Shown here piece by piece: positions 29,465-38,337 of a stretch of 64,000 nucleotides of DNA; within the stretch, counting starts at the first letter, position 1, and each line of letters starts with the position of its first letter. A program made the translations under genes and the position numbers. Origin of the DNA: Desulfobacterales bacterium. Its GTDB lineage: Bacteria; Desulfobacterota; Desulfobacteria; Desulfobacterales; UBA5616. The notes under the pieces were generated by a model. It ran no database searches and was not told the origin of the DNA. It saw only the letters and a program-made list of their open reading frames with translations. The stretch is taken from contig JAWODC010000040.1 in the NCBI GenBank assembly GCA_046483495.1, forward strand, positions 32,001 through 96,000, in the 5' to 3' direction.

Positions 29465-30658
29465 ATGGAAAAGGAATGCGACATGACATTTGATTTTGAC
29501 CGGATAATTGATCGCAGAAATACGAATTCCGCCAAGTGGGATCTGGTCCCGGGCATGTGCAAAGATCCCGATGTTATTCCTATGTGGGTGGCGGATATGG
29601 ACTTCCCCACGGCCCCCGCGGTCATCGAAGCCTTGAAGCGGCAGTCGGAAAACGGTTTTTTCGGCTATACGCTTCGGCCGAAATCCTATTTGCAGGCGGT
29701 TGTCGACTGGGTGGACCGCCGCCACGGCTGGAAGATCGAACCGGAATGGCTCACCTACAGCCCCGGCGTGGTTACCGCACTGAACCTCTGCCTTATGACG
29801 TATACCCGGCCCGGCGACCGCGTCATCATTCAGCCGCCGGTGTATTATCCTTTTGCCCGGGCCATACGAAATAACGGCCGATACGTCGAAAATAATCCCC
29901 TCCTCTATGACGGAAACCGTTACACCATGGACCTGACGGATTTAAAGACACGGGCGCACCATCGCACCACCATGATGATCTTGTGCAGTCCTCATAATCC
30001 TGTCGGCCGGGTCTGGCACGAAGATGCTCTTGCCGCTGTCGCTGAATTCTGTGTTGAGAACGACATCCTGCTCGTTTCCGACGAAATACATTCCGACCTG
30101 GTCTTTCGTGAGCGGAAGCATATGCCCACAGCCTCGATTTCCGAAAAAATCGCCCAAAACACCATCACCTGCATCGCCCCCAGCAAGACATTCAACCTGG
30201 CAGGGCTGAAAACATCCGTTCTTGTCATTCCCGATCCAAAGCTCCGCCGGCAGTATCAGGACATGCTCGAAAATCTGGCCCTGGGTATGGACAACTCGTT
30301 CGGGGTCGTCGCCCTGGAAGCGGCGTATTCGCATGGCGAATCATGGCTGGAAGCGCTGCTGGACTATCTGGATGCGAACGCCGAGTGCGCCGTTTCGTTT
30401 ATCCGGCAAAACATTCCCGGTATTTCGGCGCAAAAGCCGGAGGGCACCTATCTCTTGTGGCTCGACTGCCGCGGACTCGGGCTCGACAGCAAAGCACTGG
30501 ATGATTTCATGCTCACCAAAGCCCGGCTTTGGCTCGATGACGGCCCCATGTTCGGTCCCGGAGGGGAGGGGTTTCAACGGATGAATATCGCATGCCCCCG
30601 AAAAACCCTGGAGCGGGCGCTCGAACGCCTGAACAAGGCGGTTGTCGAGAACACCTGA
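29465..30658 (+). CDS. MalY/PatB-family PLP-dependent C-S lyase
   Basis: PMWVADMDF, LCSPHNPVGR, SDEIHSD, PSKTFN, EGTYLLWLD. Confidence 0.93.
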   Translation: MEKECDMTFDFDRIIDRRNTNSAKWDLVPGMCKDPDVIPMWVADMDFPTAPAVIEALKRQSENGFFGYTLRPKSYLQAVVDWVDRRHGWKIEPEWLTYSPGVVTALNLCLMTYTRPGDRVIIQPPVYYPFARAIRNNGRYVENNPLLYDGNRYTMDLTDLKTRAHHRTTMMILCSPHNPVGRVWHEDALAAVAEFCVENDILLVSDEIHSDLVFRERKHMPTASISEKIAQNTITCIAPSKTFNLAGLKTSVLVIPDPKLRRQYQDMLENLALGMDNSFGVVALEAAYSHGESWLEALLDYLDANAECAVSFIRQNIPGISAQKPEGTYLLWLDCRGLGLDSKALDDFMLTKARLWLDDGPMFGPGGEGFQRMNIACPRKTLERALERLNKAVVENT

Positions 30659-30823
30659 TTTAAAATTTCGGAAGAGGTATGTCGACATCTTCTATTTCGG
30701 CCGGTCGCCATTGGGGGTGATCATCTTTGTGTCCGTTATCACGGGGGCTCGGTTTTCCATTCGTTTATTCCATTGTCCATTGTGCCTGACGGCAAGGGCT
30801 TTGTTTTTTCGTCGGCACCGGAA

Positions 30824-33820
30824 TTATCCGGGGACGGCTTGAACATGAGATACCGTCAGTGTGCAGACCCCGAAATCCTCCGCCACGGTTCCGGAGAGAA
30901 TGAAGGGACGTGTTTTATCCAGCAAAGCGCAGAAGCGGCGGTAAGCTTTGGGGAAAAAGACGGTTTCCATCAGTCCGGTCTCATCTTCGAAGGTCAAAAA
31001 CTCCATGGGATCACCGTGCTTCGTGTGAACGACCTTCCCGGTGATCAGCAGTCCGGCCATGCGCACCCGTTTTCCCGCGAAGCGATGCATGTCGGCGGCC
31101 TTGACGATGTTTTTGCCCGAGAGCCGGTCGGCATAAAGGTCCATGGGATGGCGGGTGCATAAAAAACCCAGGGCGGAAAATTCATTTCGCAGGCGCTGGA
31201 CCGGGTCTTCGGGTGGAAAGGACGGTGTCGGTACATCGGCAACGGGCGCAAACAGGTTTCGCGCTGCACACCGGCCGCTTTGCCGCTTTCGAAAGGCTGC
31301 GAATTGCCACAGCAGTTCGGCCCGCGACAACCCCGGATGGAGGCTGTCCAATGCACCGGACCGGATCAGCGATTCGGCCTCTGCTTCATCCGGCCGAATT
31401 CGGTTAAAGGCGTCTTCGGCGCTGTCGAAGCGGCCGTTTTGACGCTTCTTTACGATACGGCTCCGGGTATCCGCAGTCAGGTGCCGGATGGACAACAGGC
31501 CCGTTCGCATGAGACGTCGGCGTCCCTTCCAGCGGATATCGCTCCGGTTGAGGTCCGGCGGTAAAATCGTAACTCCCAGGCGCCTGGCTTCGGATACATA
31601 GGCAAACGCGCTGTAGAATCCGCCCTGGTTGCTGATGACGGCCGCCATGAATTCAGCCGGGAAATGGGCTTTCAGATAGGCGGCCTGGAACGACACACGG
31701 GCATAGCTGGCGCTGTGGGGTTTGCAGAAGGAATACCCTGAAAAGCTCATCATCATGTCCCACACCGCCGTGATCTGTTTCGATGAAAGGCCGTTTGCCC
31801 GCGCACCGTCGATAAATTGGTCCCGGTAATCCAATAATTGGCGCTTTTTGTCCTTTTTCGACATGACTTTTCGAAGGCCGTCGGCATCGGCATGCGAAAA
31901 TCCGGCCAGGGCCACAGCGGTTTTGGAGACGTCTTCCTGGTATACCATGATGCCGTAAGTTTCTTCGAGCACCTCTGCCAGCAGGGGGTGGATGGGCTCC
32001 CATGTGCCGCCGTGAAGCCTGCGGATATATTCGCGGATAAAATCATTGGCGGCGGGCCGTATGATGCTGCTGTGAATCACGAGGTGGTCGAAATCGCCTT
32101 TCCCTGTTTTTTTTTGCAGCAGCCGCATGGCCGGGCTCTCGATGTAGAAGCACCCCATCGTTGCGCCCCGGGCCACGATTTTATGCGTATCCGGGTCATC
32201 TTCCGGCTCCCAGTCGTGTTCATCAAAGGCCGCCCCGTTTTCCTTTATATTTCGAACGGCGTCCCGGATGACCCCCAGGCTCCGGTTGCCTAACAGATCG
32301 ATTTTGACCAGGCCGCCGTCTTCCACCGCGTCTTTTCCCCACTGAACGATCGGAACGCCCTTAGGTGCCGTTTCCACGGGCACATGACGGCAAACCGGGT
32401 CCGCCGTGATGATCACGCCGCCGGGATGAACGGAGAGGTGCCTGGGAATGCCGATGATCCGCCGGGCCCGCTTCATGATCTCCGGCCACGGTTCGGGAAC
32501 GTCGCACCCGGCCATCCGGGGCAGGTTTTTGATACGGGTGAGCAGATCGTCGGCCTCGTCCAGGTGCCAAAACCAGGGAAGCCGTTTGCACACCCGGCCG
32601 ATTTCCTGTTCCGTCAGGCCGTAGACCCTTGCGGTTTCCCGAATGGCCATGCGCGGCTTGAAGGTGACGTGATTGCATACCATGGCTGCACAGTCCCCGT
32701 ATCGCTTCAGTACGGCATCGATCACGTCGTCCCGTTCGTCCCAGGCGAAATCGACGTCGATGTCGGGCGGGTCCGTACGGCCCGGATTGAGGAACCGCTC
32801 GAAATACAGGTTGTGTTTGACCGGGCAGACATTGGTGATGCCCAGGCAGTAGGCCGCCAACGAAGCGGCCCCGGAGCCCCGGCCGCAAATGCGGGGGCTT
32901 CGGGACACGATTTCCTTAACCACTAAAAAGTAGGATGAAAAGCCCATTCGGTCGATAACGGCGAGCTCATGTTCCAGGCGGTCGACCACATTTTCGGGAA
33001 GATCCGCTCCATACCGGCGCCGTGCCCCCCGATAGGCATCCTTTCGAAGTTGTTTCGCCGCCGATACATTTGGGTCGGATGGATGAGACCATGGCGGCAT
33101 TTTCAGGGTGTCGGCAGGAGCGGTAAAGGTCAGCCGTTCGGCGATGTCTCGGCCGGCGGTGATGGTTTCCGGCCACAGGCTGAACCGCTTTCGGTAAACC
33201 TCCGGCGGGGCGAGCCATGCATCCGGTGCTGCGGTATCCTTTGGGTCCAATCGAAAAAGGGTGGTGTTCATGTCGATCGCCCGCAGCAGACGATGCAGTT
33301 CGTAGTCCCGGGGGTGGAGAAAAAAACTTGCCGGCGCCGCGACAGCAGGTACACCGACGCGGCGTGCCGTCTGCTTTAATGCAAGGGCTGCGGCATCCGG
33401 CTTCTGAAAGATTGCCGCGGCAACCGCCGCCCCCGCCTCGTGGATCCGGACAAGGCGTTCAGGAGCCCGGACCAGCAGCGTGAGTCCCCCTGAACAGGCG
33501 GTCAGGGCGTTTTCCAAATCAAAAGCAGGGTCCGTGTGGCGACGGGTGATCAGCCGGCAGAGATTCGTGTATCCCTCTTCGGTTTCAACCAGGCAGACCG
33601 CGGCCGGTGAACCGGTGCCGTCGGAAATCGCCGCCCCCACAATGGGAGTGATGTGTTCATGCCGACAGGCGTTTAAAAACGGCTGCAGGCCGTACACATT
33701 GTCGATATCGGTGAGTGCCAGGCGGTCATACCCCATGCGCTTTGCCGCCGCGGCAACCGCGGCCGGCGAAGCGGTTCCACGCATCAGGGAGTAATATGAA
33801 TGAGCCACCAATGGAATCAT
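30824..33820 (-). CDS. dnaE2: error-prone DNA polymerase III alpha subunit DnaE2
   Basis: PHP (HSYYS, LTD), GRGSGAASL, PPDIDVDF, HPGG, KIDLLG, OB fold (FEDETG). Start MIPL overlaps the upstream stop (ATGA); SOS cassette context. Confidence 0.93.
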   Translation of the reverse strand: MIPLVAHSYYSLMRGTASPAAVAAAAKRMGYDRLALTDIDNVYGLQPFLNACRHEHITPIVGAAISDGTGSPAAVCLVETEEGYTNLCRLITRRHTDPAFDLENALTACSGGLTLLVRAPERLVRIHEAGAAVAAAIFQKPDAAALALKQTARRVGVPAVAAPASFFLHPRDYELHRLLRAIDMNTTLFRLDPKDTAAPDAWLAPPEVYRKRFSLWPETITAGRDIAERLTFTAPADTLKMPPWSHPSDPNVSAAKQLRKDAYRGARRRYGADLPENVVDRLEHELAVIDRMGFSSYFLVVKEIVSRSPRICGRGSGAASLAAYCLGITNVCPVKHNLYFERFLNPGRTDPPDIDVDFAWDERDDVIDAVLKRYGDCAAMVCNHVTFKPRMAIRETARVYGLTEQEIGRVCKRLPWFWHLDEADDLLTRIKNLPRMAGCDVPEPWPEIMKRARRIIGIPRHLSVHPGGVIITADPVCRHVPVETAPKGVPIVQWGKDAVEDGGLVKIDLLGNRSLGVIRDAVRNIKENGAAFDEHDWEPEDDPDTHKIVARGATMGCFYIESPAMRLLQKKTGKGDFDHLVIHSSIIRPAANDFIREYIRRLHGGTWEPIHPLLAEVLEETYGIMVYQEDVSKTAVALAGFSHADADGLRKVMSKKDKKRQLLDYRDQFIDGARANGLSSKQITAVWDMMMSFSGYSFCKPHSASYARVSFQAAYLKAHFPAEFMAAVISNQGGFYSAFAYVSEARRLGVTILPPDLNRSDIRWKGRRRLMRTGLLSIRHLTADTRSRIVKKRQNGRFDSAEDAFNRIRPDEAEAESLIRSGALDSLHPGLSRAELLWQFAAFRKRQSGRCAARNLFAPVADVPTPSFPPEDPVQRLRNEFSALGFLCTRHPMDLYADRLSGKNIVKAADMHRFAGKRVRMAGLLITGKVVHTKHGDPMEFLTFEDETGLMETVFFPKAYRRFCALLDKTRPFILSGTVAEDFGVCTLTVSHVQAVPG

Positions 33821-34995
33821 GACGGCAGCAAGGCAAGGGTCCGCCCCATAACGACGGCGTGAGGCCCGAAGCGGCGGCGGATCGCATCGACCGCTGCTGT
33901 CAGGTTTTGGGCGGCGGCTTGTTTTTTGTCGGAGAAAAGGGGCATTTGGGGCGGGGGATACGTCAGACGGTCGACCGTCAAACAAAAATGGCGGATGCGC
34001 ACCCGCCGGGTCCATGCCCTGCTCAACACGGTTTTAACGGCGGCAAACAGTGCGGCATCGAGGGCCGTTGCGGGTTTTACGGCAGCCTGTCGAACCGTTC
34101 GAATGCCGTCTGAATAGCTGACGGCAAGACCGATCCGCCGCGCGGCCAGGCACCGTCGGCGCAGGTCCGCCCCGGCCTGTTCCACCAGGTGATATAAAAT
34201 GCCTTCCACCAGGGTCGGATCATGGGTGTCGGTGGCGAATTCGTGATCCAGGCGGATCTCCGGCGGTTTTCGGCCCACAGGCGCCACGGGCGATGCGTCG
34301 ATTCCCCGTACCGCATTGTAAATGAAAGCGGCCCGTTTTGCGAACACCACGTCCAACTGGCCCAATGACCAGGGCGTGACATGTGCGGCTCGGGTGAGGT
34401 TCAGCGTATAAAACCGGTGCAAATCATCAGGCTCGATGCCGGGAATCAGGCGAAGCGAAACGGGATTCAAAAATCGTGCTTCATCTCCGGCGCCCACGAT
34501 ATATTCACCCACCGGTTTAACCAGGCGCGTGGCCACTTTTGCCGTGAGTTTGTTTGGGGCCACCGACCAGATGGGATCCATGTCCAAGCGGCCCCGCACT
34601 TCCTTTCGAATGCGCCATGCCACGTCCGGGGCGGGCCCGAAAAGCTTTCCCGTTCCCGTGGCATCCACGAACAAATGCCCGTTGTGATCGGTTTTTTCAA
34701 TCAGCGGAGAGTAGGGCAGGGCGCACCGCACCAGTTCCTCCATGGCGCGTTCGTACCGGTAAAAACGGGGCGGCACCACCCGGGCGTCCCGACATCTGCG
34801 CAGGGCTGCAGCCAGGGCCATATGCTTACGGACCCCGTTTTGATAGGCTTCTTCGCTCATGTCATATACCGTGGCCCGGGGCGCCCCCTGGGGGGCGATG
34901 ACGACAGGGCGGTCCCGAAGGCGGGTGTCGATGAGCCGTTCAACGGCAACGGCAAAATCCGCCACGTTCAAATGAATGATGAACCGCTCATTCAT
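33817..34995 (-). CDS. imuB: catalytically degenerate Y-family polymerase (ImuB/DinB-like)
   Basis: IIHLNVADFAVAVE, NKLTAKVAT, little-finger domain, QMPLF clamp motif; catalytic acidic residues replaced. Confidence 0.85.
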   Translation of the reverse strand: MNERFIIHLNVADFAVAVERLIDTRLRDRPVVIAPQGAPRATVYDMSEEAYQNGVRKHMALAAALRRCRDARVVPPRFYRYERAMEELVRCALPYSPLIEKTDHNGHLFVDATGTGKLFGPAPDVAWRIRKEVRGRLDMDPIWSVAPNKLTAKVATRLVKPVGEYIVGAGDEARFLNPVSLRLIPGIEPDDLHRFYTLNLTRAAHVTPWSLGQLDVVFAKRAAFIYNAVRGIDASPVAPVGRKPPEIRLDHEFATDTHDPTLVEGILYHLVEQAGADLRRRCLAARRIGLAVSYSDGIRTVRQAAVKPATALDAALFAAVKTVLSRAWTRRVRIRHFCLTVDRLTYPPPQMPLFSDKKQAAAQNLTAAVDAIRRRFGPHAVVMGRTLALLPS

Positions 34996-34996
34996 C

Positions 34997-35818
34997 TCAA
35001 CCGATCCCGGCGGCGCCTTTCTTGAGCAGCCCGATCAGGGCCAGGGCGTTTTTCGGGGCCTGGGCCCGCACATGGTTGTTGAAAAAGATGATCCCGTTCC
35101 GGGCCTGCCGGCGTATCGGGGTAAACCGTTCCTCCACCCAACGGCCCAATTCATCCTCGGCATAATCATAATCGAACTGGAGCTGCATGTTTCCCGTACG
35201 CCAGGACCCGGCATTTCGGCCGTGGAACCGCACATACGCCAAATCGGGATTTGTGACCACCGTCAACGGGGGGAAAAGACCGGGGAGATCGGGAAGATCG
35301 ACCGTGACCAACGTCATGTTTCGCCGCTGAAGTTCGGCAAAGACCGGTTCCACCGCCCAGGACCGGTGCCGAAACTCGACGGCCAGGGGCAGGCCGGCAA
35401 GCCCGTCCGCCAGGGCGGCCAGGTGCCTGCGGTTGTCCGGTGTGCGGGTAAAACCGGGGGGAAACTGGATCAATACCGCTGCCAGTTGACGACCCTGTAC
35501 CAGTGGGGAAACACCCTCCCGGAAAAGATCGACCTGCTTTGGCCATTTGGCATCGATTTCGTGGGTCATGGTTCGGGTGAGCTTCACGGCGAACAGAAAA
35601 TCCGGCGGTACGGTTTGGCGCTGCCGTTCGACAGCCTCGGATCGGGGCATTTGGTACCACGTGTAATTCAGTTCGGTGATGGAAAACTTTTCGGCATACA
35701 CCGGCAGCATTCGACCGGACGGCGTCCCGGCGGGATAGAAGCCGGCTTCCGTCCATTCACTATAGGAATACCCGCTGGTTCCCACGCGCCACGTTCGATG
35801 TTTGGTTGCCTGACTCAT
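34997..35818 (-). CDS. DUF72 (YecE-like) TIM-barrel protein
   Basis: VGTSGYSY, ELNYTWY, FAVKL...TH, LIQFPP, AVEFRHRSW, YVRFHGRN, FFNNH. Confidence 0.92.
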   Translation of the reverse strand: MSQATKHRTWRVGTSGYSYSEWTEAGFYPAGTPSGRMLPVYAEKFSITELNYTWYQMPRSEAVERQRQTVPPDFLFAVKLTRTMTHEIDAKWPKQVDLFREGVSPLVQGRQLAAVLIQFPPGFTRTPDNRRHLAALADGLAGLPLAVEFRHRSWAVEPVFAELQRRNMTLVTVDLPDLPGLFPPLTVVTNPDLAYVRFHGRNAGSWRTGNMQLQFDYDYAEDELGRWVEERFTPIRRQARNGIIFFNNHVRAQAPKNALALIGLLKKGAAGIG

Positions 35819-35845
35819 GTAAAAAGACGATCTCCCTATGCTACT

Positions 35846-35991
35846 TAGTGTCCATCCAGAAATAGGTAATTTCGCGTGAGTTCAAGGCGGACCCAAGATC
35901 GAAACCGCAGGAATAGTATACTATTTTGAGGATTTCGATCTTGGGTCCAACGCAGAAATCGCGTGAAAGGGCCATTTATGGATGGACACTA
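35846..35991 (+). repeat. structured palindromic repeat (MITE/REP-like), copy 2, between lexA and DUF72
   Basis: Ends tagtgtccatccagaaat / atttatggatggacacta; internal perfect stem ggacccaagatcgaaa / tttcgatcttgggtcc. Confidence 0.8.
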
Positions 35992-36621
35992 CTTAATCCC
36001 GTCCGGCCCCCTGTATACCCCCACCACCTTGCCCTGGATCAGAATTTCGTCAAACCCGTACATCATGGAGTCGTATGCCGGATTTTCCGGTTTCAGTTCG
36101 ATATGGGTTTTTCGGTGAAAAAAACGCTTCACCGTAGCTTCTTCGTGACGAATGAGAGCCGCCACAATTTCACCGTTTTCGGCGAATTGCCGGGGCTCGC
36201 AGATGACCAGGTCCCCGTCCAGGATAGCCGCATCCTTCATGGAATCCCCCCTGATCTTCAGGGCGAAAAGGGGCTTGCCCTTATAGACCGCGGCATCCAC
36301 CACGAGCGTCCCGTCCCACTCCTGCTGTGCGTACAGGGGAAGGCCCGCGGCAATCGTGCCCACAATGGGAACTTCCTGCCGGAGTGGAATGCCGCCGGTA
36401 TTCGAAGGGCGGTTGACCAGGTGAATGGTGCGGCCGTAACGGCCTTCCCGCCGAATAACCCCTTTTTCCTCCAGGGCACGGACCAGCTGAGCTACGGCGG
36501 CGTGGCTTACGCCGTTTTCCGCCGCCGCCTGCCGAAGACTGGGCGTTTTCCCGGTCCGGTCGATCCAATCCGTCAGATACTGTAAAAATGCCGCCTGCTT
36601 GGGGGTTAGATCGCTCTGCAT
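35989..36621 (-). CDS. lexA: SOS repressor LexA
   Basis: LTPKQ...PSLRQ HTH, IAAGLP cleavage site, GDSM (Ser), ATVKR (Lys). Confidence 0.95.
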   Translation of the reverse strand: MQSDLTPKQAAFLQYLTDWIDRTGKTPSLRQAAAENGVSHAAVAQLVRALEEKGVIRREGRYGRTIHLVNRPSNTGGIPLRQEVPIVGTIAAGLPLYAQQEWDGTLVVDAAVYKGKPLFALKIRGDSMKDAAILDGDLVICEPRQFAENGEIVAALIRHEEATVKRFFHRKTHIELKPENPAYDSMMYGFDEILIQGKVVGVYRGPDGIK

Positions 36622-36650
36622 ATATTTGCCCTCCGTTGAAATTTATGGAT

Positions 36651-36679
36651 AGTTTAAAGGGGGTGAATGTAAATGTCAA
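36651..36679 (-). promoter_or_regulatory. sigma70 promoter of the lexA cassette (TTGACA-N17-TAAACT)
   Basis: Minus strand: TTGACA at 36679-36674, TAAACT at 36656-36651, 17-nt spacer, 30 bp upstream of the ATG. Confidence 0.75.
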
Positions 36680-36698
36680 TGTAAATATAAATGTAAAT
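36666..36698. repeat. tandem hexamer (AATGTA-like) x5 overlapping the -35 box; candidate LexA operator
   Basis: aatgta aatgtc aatgta aatata aatgta aat. Confidence 0.6.
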
Positions 36699-36799
36699 AA
36701 GAAGGTGATGGGTGATGGGTTAGGGGGTATGGGCTATGGGTGTGGATAGAATGGCTTTTTATTTCCTCATTATTAGTAATTGCGCCGGTAAAACAATTT

Positions 36800-36948
36800 A
36801 AATTCGAAATCCGAAGCACGAAATTCGAAACAATCCTAAATTCTAAATTCAAAATTATAAACTATAATTGAAACGTAGCTTTTCGTTTGGAATTTATGAT
36901 TTTGAATTTCGAATTTGTTTCGTGCTTCGAATTTCGGATTTCGAATTT
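36800..36948. repeat. inverted pair of 7-bp tandem arrays (AAATTCG-like) forming a long imperfect hairpin
   Basis: aaattcg aaatccg aagcacg aaattcg aaacaa... versus ...ttgtttcgtgc ttcgaat ttcggat ttcgaattt. Confidence 0.8.
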
Positions 36949-37086
36949 TTCAATAGTGGAAAAAGGTTCTATGACTCACCGGCAAAACTGAACAGGTAAC
37001 CGCCGCCGGATCATGCCGTTTTGAAATCGTGTACTCGAGCGCCTTGATCGAGGATGAAGGTTGTGTTCCGATTAATTCGTATGCCG

Positions 37087-38145
37087 TCAAGGAACGAATA
37101 AGACCTTGGCCGCATCTTTTGTCAAACACAGTTCAAACCCCTCGACGGCCCGTGAAAACGGTAGCTTATGCGTGATCATCGGCTCGACATCGACTTTGCC
37201 GGTCGCGAGCAGCGCCAGGGACCGCTTCCAGGTTTCCGGGCTGTATCCGTATGCGCCGACAAGGGATTTTCTGCCCCTTACAAAAGGTGTGGGGGAAAAT
37301 CGGGCATCGGAGGGATGGATGCCGATCAGAACGACCGTTCCGCCGCTTTCATTCGCGGAGCTCGGATTGAATGACCGGACCATGTCGATGCCCTGGGATA
37401 TGGATATCGGGTTTCCTGACGATTCAAAAACGCAGTCCAGGCCGGCCCCGCCTGTGTGCCGGCGGACAACGTCTTCGATGTCTTCCGAATCGACATTTAC
37501 GATAACATCGGCACCCAGCTTTTGGGCCGCCGAGAGCCGTTTCCCATCCGAATGTGTTCCTGCGACGATAATCAGGCCGGCCCCGGCGGCTTTCAATACC
37601 TGCAGCGTAAGCAGCCCGATCGGGCCGGGTCCGAGCACGGCGGCGGTCTGGCCCGGTTTGATGCCGGACCGATCCACCGCATTGACGGAAACGGCGAGCG
37701 GCTCGCAAAGGGACGCCGCTTCATCACTGACATTTTCAGGAATGTGGAATATATCGGCGCCGGCGGTTATTCGCATGTACTCTGCAAAAGCGCCGTGAGA
37801 CCCCAAACCCAAAATGATCTTTTGCCTGCAGATGTCGCCGCGCCCGATGCGGCATTCGGCGCATCGGCAGCACGGCATCAGGGGAATGGACGTGATGCGG
37901 TCGCCGATGTTTACCGAATCCACATTGCCGCCGATTTCCACCACTTCTCCGGAAAATTCATGGCCGAGTGCGATCGGCAGCGGCATCCATTCGTATCCCG
38001 GGGTCCATTCATACACGTGAACATCGCTTCCGCAGACGCTTCCACAGCGGATCTTTACCAGAATGTCGTTTGCCTCGATGTCCGGATCTTGGATCGACAG
38101 CACCTCGATGCCATGGGTTCGTTCTGTTTTGACAACGGCTTCCAT
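37087..38145 (-). CDS. zinc-dependent alcohol dehydrogenase (MDR, threonine/sorbitol DH-like)
   Basis: CGSDVH, LGHEFSG, CCRCAEC...C, GPGPIG. Confidence 0.93.
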   Translation of the reverse strand: MEAVVKTERTHGIEVLSIQDPDIEANDILVKIRCGSVCGSDVHVYEWTPGYEWMPLPIALGHEFSGEVVEIGGNVDSVNIGDRITSIPLMPCCRCAECRIGRGDICRQKIILGLGSHGAFAEYMRITAGADIFHIPENVSDEAASLCEPLAVSVNAVDRSGIKPGQTAAVLGPGPIGLLTLQVLKAAGAGLIIVAGTHSDGKRLSAAQKLGADVIVNVDSEDIEDVVRRHTGGAGLDCVFESSGNPISISQGIDMVRSFNPSSANESGGTVVLIGIHPSDARFSPTPFVRGRKSLVGAYGYSPETWKRSLALLATGKVDVEPMITHKLPFSRAVEGFELCLTKDAAKVLFVP

Positions 38146-38337
38146 GTGCCCTCCTCTAATTGTAATCTACATGAATATGTATTCTTCCACTACAGGTTTG
38201 ACCCCGTATCATCGGCGCCCTGATGCGATTATATATGGGGGAAAACGGATTCGGGTTCAAGGCCGATTGATCAGCCGATGAAATTCGAACGTGAATGAAT
38301 GGAACCGGGTTTTACCCCCGTGTATTAAGAGGATAAC

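Noticed and set aside
33821..34015. 65-aa N-terminal extension of DnaE2 in the ORF track
   Set aside because: It overlaps the PolY coding region. The ATG at 33820 gives an ATGA coupling and starts right at the PHP motif.
34976..35848. 290-aa plus-strand ORF (and similar long ORFs at 10224-11060, 15460-16305, 22999-23898, 23555-24532, 45581-46447)
   Set aside because: Antisense shadows of well-supported genes, with no recognisable motifs.
36800..36948. Possible CRISPR array
   Set aside because: Units are contiguous 7-mers with no unique spacers, and there are no cas genes.
36700..37086. Possible imuA or small gene upstream of lexA
   Set aside because: No ORF of 60 aa or more; the region is occupied by repeats.
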